A DNA stretch of 64,000 bases from Flectonema sp. DT1601 (Eukaryota). Each line of letters starts with the position of its first letter. Position 1 is the stretch's first letter. The notes under the pieces are model-generated. The model was not told where the DNA came from. It ran no database searches and saw only the letters and a list, made by a program, of their open reading frames with translations. The translations under genes and the position numbers were made by a program. This document shows, piece after piece, positions 9,642 through 26,600 of this stretch. The stretch spans positions 682,001-746,000 of the forward strand of contig OZ025786.1 in assembly GCA_964019425.1 (NCBI GenBank). The letters are read 5' to 3'.

Positions 9642-12600
9642 ATCAATCCCTCAAAAATGTTACTGTGCAGTTCACTAGTGAGACTAAGACCTCCAACCAA
9701 AACTAGTACTTCAAACAGCGTGGATAATTCTTGTCAGACGTTGAGAACAGTTAGTAAAAGCTTGCCCGTCGCCTAACGATCGGACAGCATGCACATCTCT
9801 CTTTGAGAGATTGGGAGGGGGCCAAAAATCACGACAAGCCCTGCACTTTTCCCAGCTTGGCAAGCCGATTTTTTGGGTCAAGTTCGAACCCTGGTAGACT
9901 ATTTTTCTGTTGGGAGTTGGCGATTTCGCAAACTATTCGGTGGAATTAGAGGTTTTTTTTTTCAAATTGTTCTTTTCAATTTCTCTGGTGCGAAGACGAA
10001 ACATCATAACTATCCAACTATTCAATATTAAAAAAATTACAAAAAAAAAGAAATGAAAAAAAAAAAAAAAAGAAAAAAATGGAAAAAGCGAAACTAACTA
10101 GCGCACACGATACCGCAAAGGGGAAAACAAGTTTTCATGCGGAAATCCAGCTGTTCTTCGTCTCTGACACGACTGAGACTTTAAAGAGGCTGTTAACACG
10201 ATTATGGTTTCACTTTTCCTTAAGAAATACAATTAGTGGTTTCTTAAAAAACTCCAAATTCGTTGATGCCTTATTTTGACAATATTTCAACGCAGGGATT
10301 ACAAAATAGCGATAGAAAAACAAAGTATTAAGGCGTTACATTTCTCTTTTCTTCTTCTCATTATTATTACTTTTTATTATTTATTTATTTTTTTTTTTTT
10401 TTGGAAATTCTGATGTTGGAATCTGTGCAACTGCGTACCCAAAATGATTGTTTTCCTTCTTTTCCATTTAAATTGTTACTAAAATGATGGTTCTCAACAA
10501 AACGAAGGTGCCCGTTGCACTGAAACACGAAGCATTACATTTACTCTGTAGTCCACAATAAGAAAGGACCATGAGAGAAAGAGAGAGATAAATTGGGAAG
10601 GCATCGAGATGTCATAAAAAAAAAAAAGAAACAGGCTCCCCAAAAACCTGCAGAACAAACAGGAAGATAGATCACAACAATAAGCACAGTGGATACTTAC
10701 TAAGTATATCGGTAACTCGGTGACTGAGAAGGTTTGGTCACATTTTTGACTTTCTCATCATTGTCAACAGACAACGTTACTTGATTATTCAAAACAGACA
10801 ACGCTAGGGTAAAAAAAATGGATCGTATAAACTGAAAGAAACCATTAAGGAAAGACATAATGTGAATAGGATTTTTCAGATTCCAAAATTTAGTCAGTAT
10901 TTAGTCAGATATCAAGCCCGCAACTGATGACTGCGGGGTTTGGGTAACCCGCACCAGTAGAGTGACCCACAACACCTGGCTTACAGAAAAAAAAAAAAGA
11001 AAAAAAAAACATGTTGTACAAAATATATATTTATCAAATAACAAAATCACTATTAGAAATATATTACGAGGTCACCCATAAAAAAAAAAATTGTAGCGAA
11101 TCCATCACAAACCAAGTACAGCTATATAAAAGCATGAACTGCACTTAGGTGCCCCACCGCAAAATCTTCCGACAATTAGGCAAAAATGAAAAATAATAAA
11201 ATAAAATAAATCTAGTACCTTGCGGGTACAAGACGGGAAATATCAGAACTCCCTCACTGTGTTTTTTATCTTACTTTTGCACCGTGAGACTATTCAGCAC
11301 AACACACGGAGTGAACAAAGATAGTACTAACGGCTACAGTCGTAAATTGTCGTGCAGGTCGTGCACTAAATCAAAGTATAAGTTAAGTTGGTTAGTTATT
11401 TAATCCAACGTTGCTGTATATTATGAGTGCTAAGTAACCCACAGCTACTGTAATCATTTTTATAACAGAAAAAAATGAACCCTAAAATGAAAGCGTGTCT
11501 ACCGACACGCGAAATTGAATAAAAAAATAAAATAGAAATACCTCGAAAAATTAAATTTCCCCCCCCTATTTATCCAAGTCCCCCCCTTTTTTCTTTTTTT
11601 TCCTTCTAGTCAAGTATTGTACATGTAAACAGTATGCATATTTAATGTCATTTAAAAAATAGTTCCCCCGTTCCCTCTCAGAGTAAAAGAAAAAGAGTAT
11701 TCCAAACTCAAACAAAGTGTCATGGGAAAATAAAAATAAAATTTTGAGGGAGAAGGAAAAAAAAAAAAAAAAAAGGAAAAAACCGGCGTCTTACACACAC
11801 ACTTTTCTTGCCTGATTTCCTTCAGTGAGGTTCCTCATCTCAACCAGAAAATCGTAAAAAAAATGCTGAATGAAACTTGGTTCCTATTCAGAGCAAAAAA
11901 GTCTGTGTAGTCACCAGGTTATTTAGTTAGTTGTTAAACGCAACGCCATAGCTGTTTCAAAGACTTAAGTTGTAATTTAATTTATAAAATTAATACTATT
12001 TAGATAAATTAAAGAAAACTAATTCAGCTATTGTTTGATAACAAAAAAAAAAAAAAAAAAAAAAAAAGTGACAACGAATCATAAACAAGGTTAGATTGGA
12101 AAAAGAAATGGATAGGCTCGCAAAAAATATCAGAGCAGCAGTTTTATCAAAAGCTGATCGGACGAAAGCCTACTGATGGATAACTTATAAAAACATTTTG
12201 AGAAGGGGGGATAAAATAATTTAACAAAAGATATTCTTATTTTATTTTGGTTTACTTTTTTTTTTTTTTTTCTGTTAACACTGCGACCACGCTCGAACAT
12301 AAAAAGAGACAAACAAAGCTTTCCTCTTCAATAAAGCAGCCCGCCTTAAGTAGACGATAAAAGAAATAAGTTAAGAGACTTTTTTCCTCGATAGATCCTG
12401 AACAACATAATACTAATATTCTCTTCAGATCCATAAACTATCTCCACAACTACAACCTCAGAGAATGAGCACAAAGTTCTCTTTTTTTTTTTTTTTTTTT
12501 AAATACCAATTAACAATAACAAAAAAAGGGGGGGAATAAAAAGGTTTACCTGAAGTATTGGATGAAAAAACGTCACAGGTGGACAGGCACAGAATCTTAT

Positions 12601-13062
12601 AAACCCACGAGAGACATCAGTGTGTCCTCAGGGGGAAAGCATCCTGTTAGAGTGCGCTTATAGACTTCCAAAAAACAAGAAAAAGAAAGAAAGAAATAAA
12701 AAATAAAAAGAACTGACAAAAAAAATGAAATAAAGGAAAATAATGGTAATATAGTTTTCTTTTTTTGAGTTGATAATCTTTGGTAATGTAGAAATGAAAA
12801 AAAAAACAAAAAACAAAAAAAGAAGAGAGAAAGAAAACGTTGAGAGTTAGCAAACATCAAAAAAATAAGGAAAAAAAAGAATATAAATTCATTTCTCCCA
12901 TCACTGTAAAGGGGGATTATGAAAATAAACGAACACTCTACCAACACGTCACGTGAACCAGAGAAGACACACGAAAACGTCAGGTACGAGTACTGCCGCG
13001 TCAAATAGTGAATCCACAAAACATTTGACTCAACAAAAGTAAGGTGCATACAATTACGAGAT

Positions 13063-14184
13063 CTACAAAGCCCGTTCTTCTTCTTCGCAATTCGATTCCT
13101 CTTCCTGAAGACTCATCGCATGAAGAGCATCAGCGCGTGCCCAGAGAGAATCGAATGCGACAAGACACGAAAGAGGAGTTCTTCCCCGATAACCAATCCA
13201 CTTTGTTGTGTGCCATTTTGCTAAAGTGACACTACAGTTGTGGAAAACTGAACAAACTTGAGTTACACGGGTGCAAGAATCAGCAATATTTCCTCCGAGT
13301 ATAGGGCAGTAGATGAAGAGACGATCAGAAGCGCGCGGGGCTGATGACTTCGGCTGATCTTCTGTTTGATGTCCCTCAGGAAGTGGAAGCTCAACTCCAG
13401 ACTCAGGAGAGATTTTATAGCGAGGCATTGTACTGAAGTGAGCAAAGAAGTAAGTTAGCAGCAAACCAGCATCAGCAGGATCGCTACACCTCAAACAGAC
13501 GTGAAATAACATTAACAGGACGGCGTACGAACTTAGCCCACCAGTAGCTGCATCATTACACTTCGATTGCTGTAATACAATTCTAATCGACGTGAATACA
13601 AACCTCGCAGCTGGGAAGGCTGCAAATAAGTTTCTAACATAAGCAGCTTGCTTACGAGGAGTACTAGCCACACCTTTGTTAAATGTTACATTCGTTGTGA
13701 GTCCACTTTTTGTAGTTGCCCTAATGAACGCTTCCTCGCCATTACTTATGGAAAGGTTAACGTTTAGATCTTCATTATGTCTTTTAAGTGTTGTGAGAAG
13801 TGCTTTGAAGTCTTGCAATACATCAAAGTGTTCGACCAGAAAGTCGATGCGACTCATCGGTAAGCAAGACCCATACGCTGCTGATCCGTAGACTTTTACA
13901 GTAACTCCGAAGCTACTCTTGTGAATGATGTCTTGAAGAGTTGATCTGAGAAGGAATCGCTGTTGTTCTTCTTGCTCTGTGAGGCTCATAAAATTATGCA
14001 GCGCCACGACTTCTTCTCCAAGACTAGTTCTCTCTTTCACTGCACCATCCGGGAACCACGGTGTTGTTACGACTGTCTCTCCGCTTTGTGTCTTCAATCT
14101 CTTTCTGAGTGATGGCTTTACAATACACTTCTCATCAGCTCCATCACTTCTACTTCCACATTCAGAAGAAGATACCATACTCAT
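13063..14184 (-). CDS. TRF4/PAPD5-like non-canonical poly(A) polymerase (nucleotidyltransferase) homologue, catalytic Asp residues degenerate
   Basis: VYGSAAYGSCLPMSRIDF matches the GS-x-LPxSDID motif; TGGLSSYAVLLM and LLTYFF PAP-associated motifs present. First in-frame ATG is at 14184 (the ORF track starts at an upstream TTG). Confidence 0.85.
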   Translation of the reverse strand: MSMVSSSECGSRSDGADEKCIVKPSLRKRLKTQSGETVVTTPWFPDGAVKERTSLGEEVVALHNFMSLTEQEEQQRFLLRSTLQDIIHKSSFGVTVKVYGSAAYGSCLPMSRIDFLVEHFDVLQDFKALLTTLKRHNEDLNVNLSISNGEEAFIRATTKSGLTTNVTFNKGVASTPRKQAAYVRNLFAAFPAARFVFTSIRIVLQQSKCNDAATGGLSSYAVLLMLFHVCLRCSDPADAGLLLTYFFAHFSTMPRYKISPESGVELPLPEGHQTEDQPKSSAPRASDRLFIYCPILGGNIADSCTRVTQVCSVFHNCSVTLAKWHTTKWIGYRGRTPLSCLVAFDSLWARADALHAMSLQEEESNCEEEERAL

Positions 14185-14564
14185 AATGTGTATGCTGTTG
14201 ATGTGAATTAATAATAAATGACATCTGATTGCAATCAATAAGTAACTAAAAGATACCAAATAGCATCACTCGGGTAGGGTTAGAAATGTTTTCTTTCTTG
14301 TCGGAGTTCTATTTGTGTTCTCAGGGTATTTGTTGAGTACCGGAGAGCAGATCTCATACAAGAAAAAAAATATTCCACGTGGGTGCGCTCCGAAACTTTG
14401 GTTAGAAAAGGTAGTAGCGGTCGCAGCAGTGAAAACTCTTTAAAGGCCAGGGAAGTTTTTCAATTAGCTTCACACAGCACAAGCTATCAGAAGTTAGTTT
14501 TGTGTATAATTATTTTCAAAGTTTACTTACATAACATTGTCCAAGGTGTTGTCAGTTAAATAAT

Positions 14565-15398
14565 TTATTCCTTCGGTCTCGGAATATCAAACACAAGAGG
14601 TTTATGAACTGGCTTATAACTGAAGTCACACGTGCAGGCATTAACAAATTGTGTCGTCTCGTTTGTTGTCACACCGTAGGCCTCATGGATGTGACCGAAA
14701 ATATGAAGGAGAGGTTTGATACGGAGAGTGACCTCTCGGAGGAGGTCTGTACAACCACAGCATCCACCGTTACTGTTAATGTCTCCGTGACCAAGGGGTG
14801 GACCATGGGTGAGAAGGACATCAGTGTCAGTTGGTATTTGAGACCAGAGACTTTTTGAAGGCTCTCCTCTATCGATATTGAATGCCCAGTTATGAAATCT
14901 AGCAGACATTGGTGATCCATAAAACTTCAACCCTTCAGCCACACAGCTCTCATTCTCTAACATAATAGCATTAGTAATTGTCCTTCTACACTCTTCAACA
15001 TCGTATGGATCTCTGTGACCAAATCTTTTAGCAAATGAATTAGTATAGCTGCTTCTATCTAAAGTGAGATCGTGATTACCGGCGATTATAATTTTATGTT
15101 TGTGAGGTTGCCGACCAAGCCATTCATTAAACTTTTGAATTTGATCAAGCTCACCAGTATTTGTGAAGTCACCTCCATGAACCAAGATATCCCCATCTGG
15201 AACTGGGTAAGACATTCTCTTTTCAGTACCATGCGTATCACTGACACAAACGATTCTGATCGTATCATCTGGCTTCTTAGTAGGATATATGTTTTCTACA
15301 TCTCTCCATTTACCAAATAATTCATGTTTACATAACTGTATCCAGGCTCTTGTTGGGTCTCCCGGAAGTGACTTAAAAAGGTTATCGTATTCCGTCAT
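14565..15398 (-). CDS. Calcineurin-like metallophosphoesterase, MPPED1/2 (239FB)-like
   Basis: Motifs VSDTH, HGGDFT, IAGNHD, LLTHGPP and FGHIHE are all intact. Confidence 0.93.
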   Translation of the reverse strand: MTEYDNLFKSLPGDPTRAWIQLCKHELFGKWRDVENIYPTKKPDDTIRIVCVSDTHGTEKRMSYPVPDGDILVHGGDFTNTGELDQIQKFNEWLGRQPHKHKIIIAGNHDLTLDRSSYTNSFAKRFGHRDPYDVEECRRTITNAIMLENESCVAEGLKFYGSPMSARFHNWAFNIDRGEPSKSLWSQIPTDTDVLLTHGPPLGHGDINSNGGCCGCTDLLREVTLRIKPLLHIFGHIHEAYGVTTNETTQFVNACTCDFSYKPVHKPLVFDIPRPKE

Positions 15399-15989
15399 GT
15401 GGATGGTATTCTGTTTGATAAAAAATATTTTGATAATTTCACAACTATTTTATATAAAACTAAATATGCTGCATGCTCGCAGGACAGAAATTTTGGTTTT
15501 TATTTACTGCCTGTATTTTCTTTAGGGATATTATAATTGTTATTATTTTTTTTTTTTTTTCTTATTCATTAGCTTGCAGCAAGAAGCAGAAGAACGAATT
15601 TCATTTTTTTCCAAAAAAAAAAAAAAATAAATAAATAAATAAGTGTAGTTTATATTTCTGGGGGGAAAAGGGCCAAGTGAGGTATCTTCCTCACAGGGTG
15701 GATGCATTACACTCTTTTTATATTACTTTTTTTTTCGTACGAATAAGATCAACGCGCAATCTGACGTCAGTTTTCCTTCACAGAAACACATCCGTAATAA
15801 TAAAACAATAAAGGACTACGGTGATACTACTGTTAGGGGTATCTTTTAAAGCTTACAAAAGTCCCCCTCAAGTCATAAAAACAAAAAGCATCTTTAAAAT
15901 CAAATGATTTGAACGCAAGAACACAAGAATTTCGTAAAAAGAAAAAGGAAAACAAATGGTCTTTTATCGTCATGGAATCAGAGAATTGT

Positions 15990-17240
15990 TTACAACTTTG
16001 GAGACGGCTGATCCTTCAGAGCGTTGGTCAAATTAAGTTCGAGTGCGTTCATGAAGTCGATTGTTGTCAGGTAGTCTTTCTCAGTTATATTCTTCGCTCC
16101 CTTAATACAGATTGCTAGATCTTTTGTCATCTGACCTCCTTCAACTGTTGCGACGACGACCTTTTCAAGAGTGTGTGCGAAGTAACAAAGTCTCTGATTG
16201 TTATCGAGCTTACCACGGTGGTTGAGTCCACGAGTCCAGGCAAAGATTGAAGCGATTGGGTTAGTGGATGTTTGACCTCCCTTTTGATGAACTCGATAAT
16301 GGCGAGTGACAGTACCGTGTGCTGCTTCTGCTTCGATGGTTTTACCATCTGGACAGAGAAGGACTGAAGTCATGAGACCGAGTGATCCAAATCCTTGAGC
16401 GACGATATCAGACTGAACGTCACCATCGTAGTTCTTGCAGGCCCACACGTATCCTCCGTCAGACTTTATAGCGTAGGCAACCATGTCGTCAATTAGTCTG
16501 TGTTCGTACCAGGTACCAATCTGTTCAAATTTTGTTTTGAATTCGCTGTCGTACATCTCTTGAAAGATATCCTTGAATCGACCATCATAAGCTTTTAGAA
16601 TTGTGTTCTTTGTTGACATGTAGAGAGGCCATTTCTTTTGAAGAGCATATTCAAAGCAAGCCCTTGCGAATGACTTGATTGATTCATCAGTGTTGTACAT
16701 TCCCATTATTACTCCACCATCACCCTTGAAGTCAAAGACCTTAAAGTTTCGAGATGGTCCGTTCTTTGGCTTCCAGTTGATAGTAAACTCACCTGGTCCT
16801 TCAACCTTCAGGTCGGTTGCTTTGTACTGATCACCAAATGCATGTCTTCCAATAACGATTGGTGTATTCCACTGTGTTGCTAGTCTTGGAATGTTCTTAC
16901 AGATGATAGGTTCTCTGAATACTGTTCCACCAACAATGTTTCTGATTGTTCCATTTGGAGATCTCCACATCTTTTTTAATCTGAATTCCGCTACTCTCGC
17001 TTCATCAGGAGTGATAGTGGCACATTTAATACCAACATTGTGTTTTAGAATCGCATTAGCAGCGTCAACCGTAACCTGATCATTGGTATCGTCTCTGTGT
17101 TCCATTCCTAAATCGTAATATTCGATTGGGACGTCAACGAATGGAAGGATCAGTTTGTCTTTTATCATTTTCCATATGATTCGAGTCATCTCATCTCCAT
17201 CAATCTCAACGACGGTACCTGATACTTTAATCTTATCCAT
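15990..17240 (-). CDS. IDH: NADP-dependent isocitrate dehydrogenase (eukaryotic type) with PTS1-like C-terminus
   Basis: [38 protein letters not shown] and [12 protein letters not shown] motifs. No presequence; ends -SPKL. Confidence 0.98.
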   Translation of the reverse strand: MDKIKVSGTVVEIDGDEMTRIIWKMIKDKLILPFVDVPIEYYDLGMEHRDDTNDQVTVDAANAILKHNVGIKCATITPDEARVAEFRLKKMWRSPNGTIRNIVGGTVFREPIICKNIPRLATQWNTPIVIGRHAFGDQYKATDLKVEGPGEFTINWKPKNGPSRNFKVFDFKGDGGVIMGMYNTDESIKSFARACFEYALQKKWPLYMSTKNTILKAYDGRFKDIFQEMYDSEFKTKFEQIGTWYEHRLIDDMVAYAIKSDGGYVWACKNYDGDVQSDIVAQGFGSLGLMTSVLLCPDGKTIEAEAAHGTVTRHYRVHQKGGQTSTNPIASIFAWTRGLNHRGKLDNNQRLCYFAHTLEKVVVATVEGGQMTKDLAICIKGAKNITEKDYLTTIDFMNALELNLTNALKDQPSPKL

Positions 17241-17267
17241 TTGGTTTGTGTTTTTTTGTTCTGGGTG

Positions 17268-17306
17268 CTGTTTGGTTAGTTACGCTAATTAATTAATTGT
17301 GTTTAC
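17268..17306 (-). other. Putative 39-nt GT-AG intron in the IDH 5'UTR
   Basis: AAG|GTAAAC...ACTAACCAAACAG|, ending 27 nt before the ATG. Confidence 0.5.
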
Positions 17307-17407
17307 CTTGGGTTGGTACTCGTTGTAATACAAATAGCTGCAATCTATTAGAAAAAAAAAAACTCGATTATAAAATAATGGAAGTTAGAATGTGGTGTAC
17401 TTTTTTA

Positions 17408-22629
<5,222 letters not shown>

Positions 22630-22951
22630 TTTTTTTTTTTTTTTTTTTTTTTTCTTCTTCCCCGCCACCAAGACTTGAAGGAAAAAATATATTCAAAATC
22701 AAAACAAATCTTTGATATTGCATTCCAACTCGGATACTCAGTCCGATGGAAAAATATTTTCATTTCTTTTTTTTTTTTTTTTGATGGGTTAGAACCGAAC
22801 TAAACAAAAGAATAGAAATCAGCGAAAATAAAGCAACTCGCTACTCACAATTAATGTGAACGTCAAATATTCAAGAGAGTACAGGACAGATATTCACTAA
22901 CAGAACAGATTCCCTAAAGAAGTAAATCAAAGACATGAATAGGTGAGTTTA

Positions 22952-23290
22952 CTACTTTGGGCCCATTAATACATCTCTTGATTCGTTTATTTTTCTGGCT
23001 AAGTACGGGCTGCCGCCTCTGTCAGCGTGGTTTCGAAGTATTAGTGCTCGGTGAGTTTTTTTAATCTCTTCTTTAGTAGCGGACTCATTCACTCCAAGGA
23101 TTAAACGAGCCTCGTGGGCTGACACGTATTCATCAAAGCCTCCAATATGCATACGAAATGCTTCACTTCCTCCCTTAGAGTAATTCTGTCCAATCTTCTG
23201 CTCACTCATTCTTTGAGCCACACGGAGACCAACACGAGCTGCGTACAAACCGCTCACAGCAGCTGCTCCTGCTAAAATGAAGTGAGCCAT
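22952..23290 (-). CDS. PAM18: Pam18/Tim14 (DNAJC19) family J-protein with HAD in place of HPD
   Basis: N-terminal hydrophobic segment, GGF..EARLILGV, and NHADRGGSPYLARKINE (family consensus NHPDxGGSPYLAxKINEA). Confidence 0.93.
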   Translation of the reverse strand: MAHFILAGAAAVSGLYAARVGLRVAQRMSEQKIGQNYSKGGSEAFRMHIGGFDEYVSAHEARLILGVNESATKEEIKKTHRALILRNHADRGGSPYLARKINESRDVLMGPK

Positions 23291-23621
23291 GTTTTACTTT
23301 GAACTGCTGTTGTTATAATACAATAAGTATTTAGTAGTTTACCACATTCAACAACGATTCATTATTACGTATTCATTGATAAGAAGAACGAAATTTTTTA
23401 TTTCCTTTTGACAATTTCATCGAATTAGAAACACAAGCAACAAACGTAAAGTTACGGTTCAAGAAAACGAATCTGAACTAAAAAAGAAAAGGGGAGATCC
23501 TTATCGTCCTGTGTAAACAGTGACGACAGGGAAATTATAGCTGACTGAGTGTGTTTGAATAAGAAAGATGGCTAGCTGTCCATAACATGGGCAGGCGTGT
23601 AAATAAAACAATCCACTCCTA

Positions 23622-26600
23622 TTACAAGTCCCAAAACTGTCTTCGAAAGATACACTCTCGATCTGTTCCTCCTCCAACACAAGCAGTGCATGTTTCAGTA
23701 TCAACTGAATCACATTTAATATCATACTTCAGAGTTCGAACTACATCACTACATACGATCCGCTCCATGCAGGAATCTCCGTATGCTCCGAGTTGGCAAA
23801 AATCATAACCAGAAACACCACCTTCCATATATAGCGGAGTGTTAATGCAAGTGTACGTTTCAGGAGAGAGGTATGAGTCTGAAGGACATATAAAACCCTT
23901 ACAGAAACCATTGAATCGACATTGTGAATGAGATAATTGAGAGCATCTGACATCCTTACAGACTGTTAAAGAATCGAAGTAAGCTGCTGATGAAGATGTA
24001 AGTAATTGAATACCTGATAGACCTTGTGACTGTAACAGACACTCAGAACAAAGTGATATTGGTTGGTTGTTAATCCACACCAATGGTGTTGTTTGGTTAC
24101 CAAAACTGATGTCAAAATTGTACCAAACATTCGGAAGTATTGATATCTGTGATGACACGGATCCGATTTGTTCAAAACAAGAAACTCTCCAGACAGTTGT
24201 TCCCTCAATTGTTAAGTTACTACCAACAGATGAGTTGCTAGTGATATTAAACGTCGGATCAAAGTGTAGGACTATTCGTACTTCTCCAGACAGTTCTGTT
24301 TTCCGAACCCTAAAACGTAAAAACTTACCAGGAACAATCTCCTTCATCTCAGCATTTTGAAATTCCAACGCTGGATTTCCGTCAATCAGAGCAAAAGAGT
24401 GTCCCGACCAACCAATTGCTCTCCAGTCAAACAGGTCTTGAAAAACTGTTTGAGGATTCAAAGCATCATAAAGAACCTCACTGGGTATATCTGAAGACTG
24501 TTGTAACTCACACACTGACTGTGTGAATGAATCAGAAAACGATATTGAGTTACTCAAAGAGTAAGAGTTTGTTAAAGTTTTAGACATCGAAGTACTGATA
24601 CTCGAATACGATAACGACAGAGATGATGTTAAAGTTGGTATTGATAAAGAAATACTTTTAGAAACAGTACTCGCAACCAGACTTCCACTAATAGTTGGTA
24701 ATGATATTGATGTTGTTATACTCTCAGTGACACTCGTACCTGATAGTGTATCTGTTTTAGTGGATGACAAACTACTACTATCTGTTGGCACAGAAATTGA
24801 AATAGTACTGGAGGCAGTATCAGTTCCCAACGACAAGGTTTCTGTAAATGATGATGTCCCCAACGATAATGAAAACGTTGGGGTCACAGAACCCGTATTA
24901 ACAGTTAAAGATTTGGTTTCAGAAAAAGTTTCTGAACTTGTCGGCAACGACAACGAATATGTAAAAGTCCGAGTCGCTGTCGGTAAAGACAAACTCCAGG
25001 TAGCAGTAGCTGTAGGAAGTGATAAGCTATCAGTGATTGTATATGTGTGAGTCTCACTGAAAGAAAACGTTTTAGAAAATGATTCTGTTCTCGTAGGTAA
25101 ACTCAACGACAACGTCTCAGTATCAGTAGCTGACTGTGTTGGAAGAGAAAGAGAAACAGTAAGAGAATCTGTTAAAGACTGAGACACAGAACTACTACTA
25201 GAATATGACTCACTAAGACTTTGACTACTGCTAAGAGAATAAGTAAATGTTTTCGTTGCTGTTGGTAACGATAAACTAACAGTTAACGAATAGCTTTCAG
25301 ACAGTGAAAGAGTTTCTGAAAGACTAATTGAAATCGAAGTTGTTACAGATATTGTTTTAGTCATCGAGTGTGATATCGATTCTGATAATGAAATAGTCTT
25401 CGTCAGTGAGATCGTCTTCGTTAATGAATCTGTTAGTGAATCACTCACAGAAATAGTAATAGTTTCCGATAACGTTAATGTATGTGTAAACGTTGCTGTC
25501 GCTGTAGGCAATGAAAGAGAAACACTAACACTATCTGTATTTGATAAGCTACTTGACAATGATAGACTATCAGTTAGAGAAAGAGAATCAGACAACGTTG
25601 CTGATTCCGTACCTGAAGACGAATGAGTTAGCGAACCTGTAACCGATTGTGTGAAAGATATAGTTTCACTTACACTAACTGATTCAGATAGCGTCTTCGA
25701 TATCGTTTCACTTAACGTGTCAGAAATAGTAAGTGAGCCACTTGGTGTTTCTGTAATAGTCACACTTATTGATAATGTCTCACTAATACTTTCACTAATC
25801 GTATTAGTCAGTGATTTAGATAATGTGAGTGTAAAGCTCACGGATTCACTTAAAGTCAAACTCGATGATAAGCTCACTGTAAGAGTCTCAGATATTGATA
25901 AACTATCTGTGAATGTCATTGTAGCTGTCGGAAATGATAAAGACAAAGTGAATGTTGAATAAGTAGCTGATGACGATTCACTTCGAGTCCCTTCCGTTAA
26001 ACTTTTTGAGTTGGATGCAGTCAGTGAAGTGAATGACTCAGAAGCTGTTGGGATGCTAAACGTTACGGTTAGGCTGTCACTAAATGTTAAAGTTTTGCTT
26101 TCACTGATCGATTTTGAAAGCGTCCACAGCGTCTGTGAAAACGTCGGCAGACTAAACGACACAGAAATACTATAACTATCTGTACCTGAATAACTCTTAG
26201 TGAATGAAGCTGTTTCAGTTGGTAATGATAAAGATGTTGTTAGTGAATATGTTTGACTGAAAGTCGCAGACGCAGAAGGCAAACTCAACGACGTTGAGTA
26301 ACTCAGACTCAAAGAATCAGACAGTGAAAGAGACTCAGAAAACGTTGGGCTATCTGTAGCCAATAACGATAACGTAAATGTTATCGTTGGAGAGTCCGAT
26401 AAACTGACACTAGCTGAAGACGATAAGGAAATAGTTTCAGAAAGAGAAATCGATTCTGATATTGAAAGTGAAGTAGTTAAACTATCCGTCAATGTCTCGC
26501 TGGTCGTTAAACTCCCACTCTCACTAACAGAATCCGATAACGACAATGACACAGTCTCAGAGATACTGATACTGTCAGATATTGATTTCGATTCCGTCAA

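Noticed and set aside
9850..9900. GTTCGAACCC box-B / tRNA T-loop-like motif
   Set aside because: T-stem mismatched; no anticodon arm or acceptor stem can be built.
10915..10975. CTGATGA followed by a stem (hammerhead-like)
   Set aside because: No GAAA core after the stem.
5009..13049. Phe/Lys-rich ORFs such as 5009-5578, 6792-7181 and 12597-13049
   Set aside because: Translations of poly-T and poly-A tracts with no protein-like motifs.
14275..14283. CTAACCCTA (telomerase-template-like 9-mer); also CTAACC/CCCTAAC at ~2543-2558
   Set aside because: A single 9-mer is expected by chance in 64 kb and lies in a short spacer; the second site is under 1.5 repeats.
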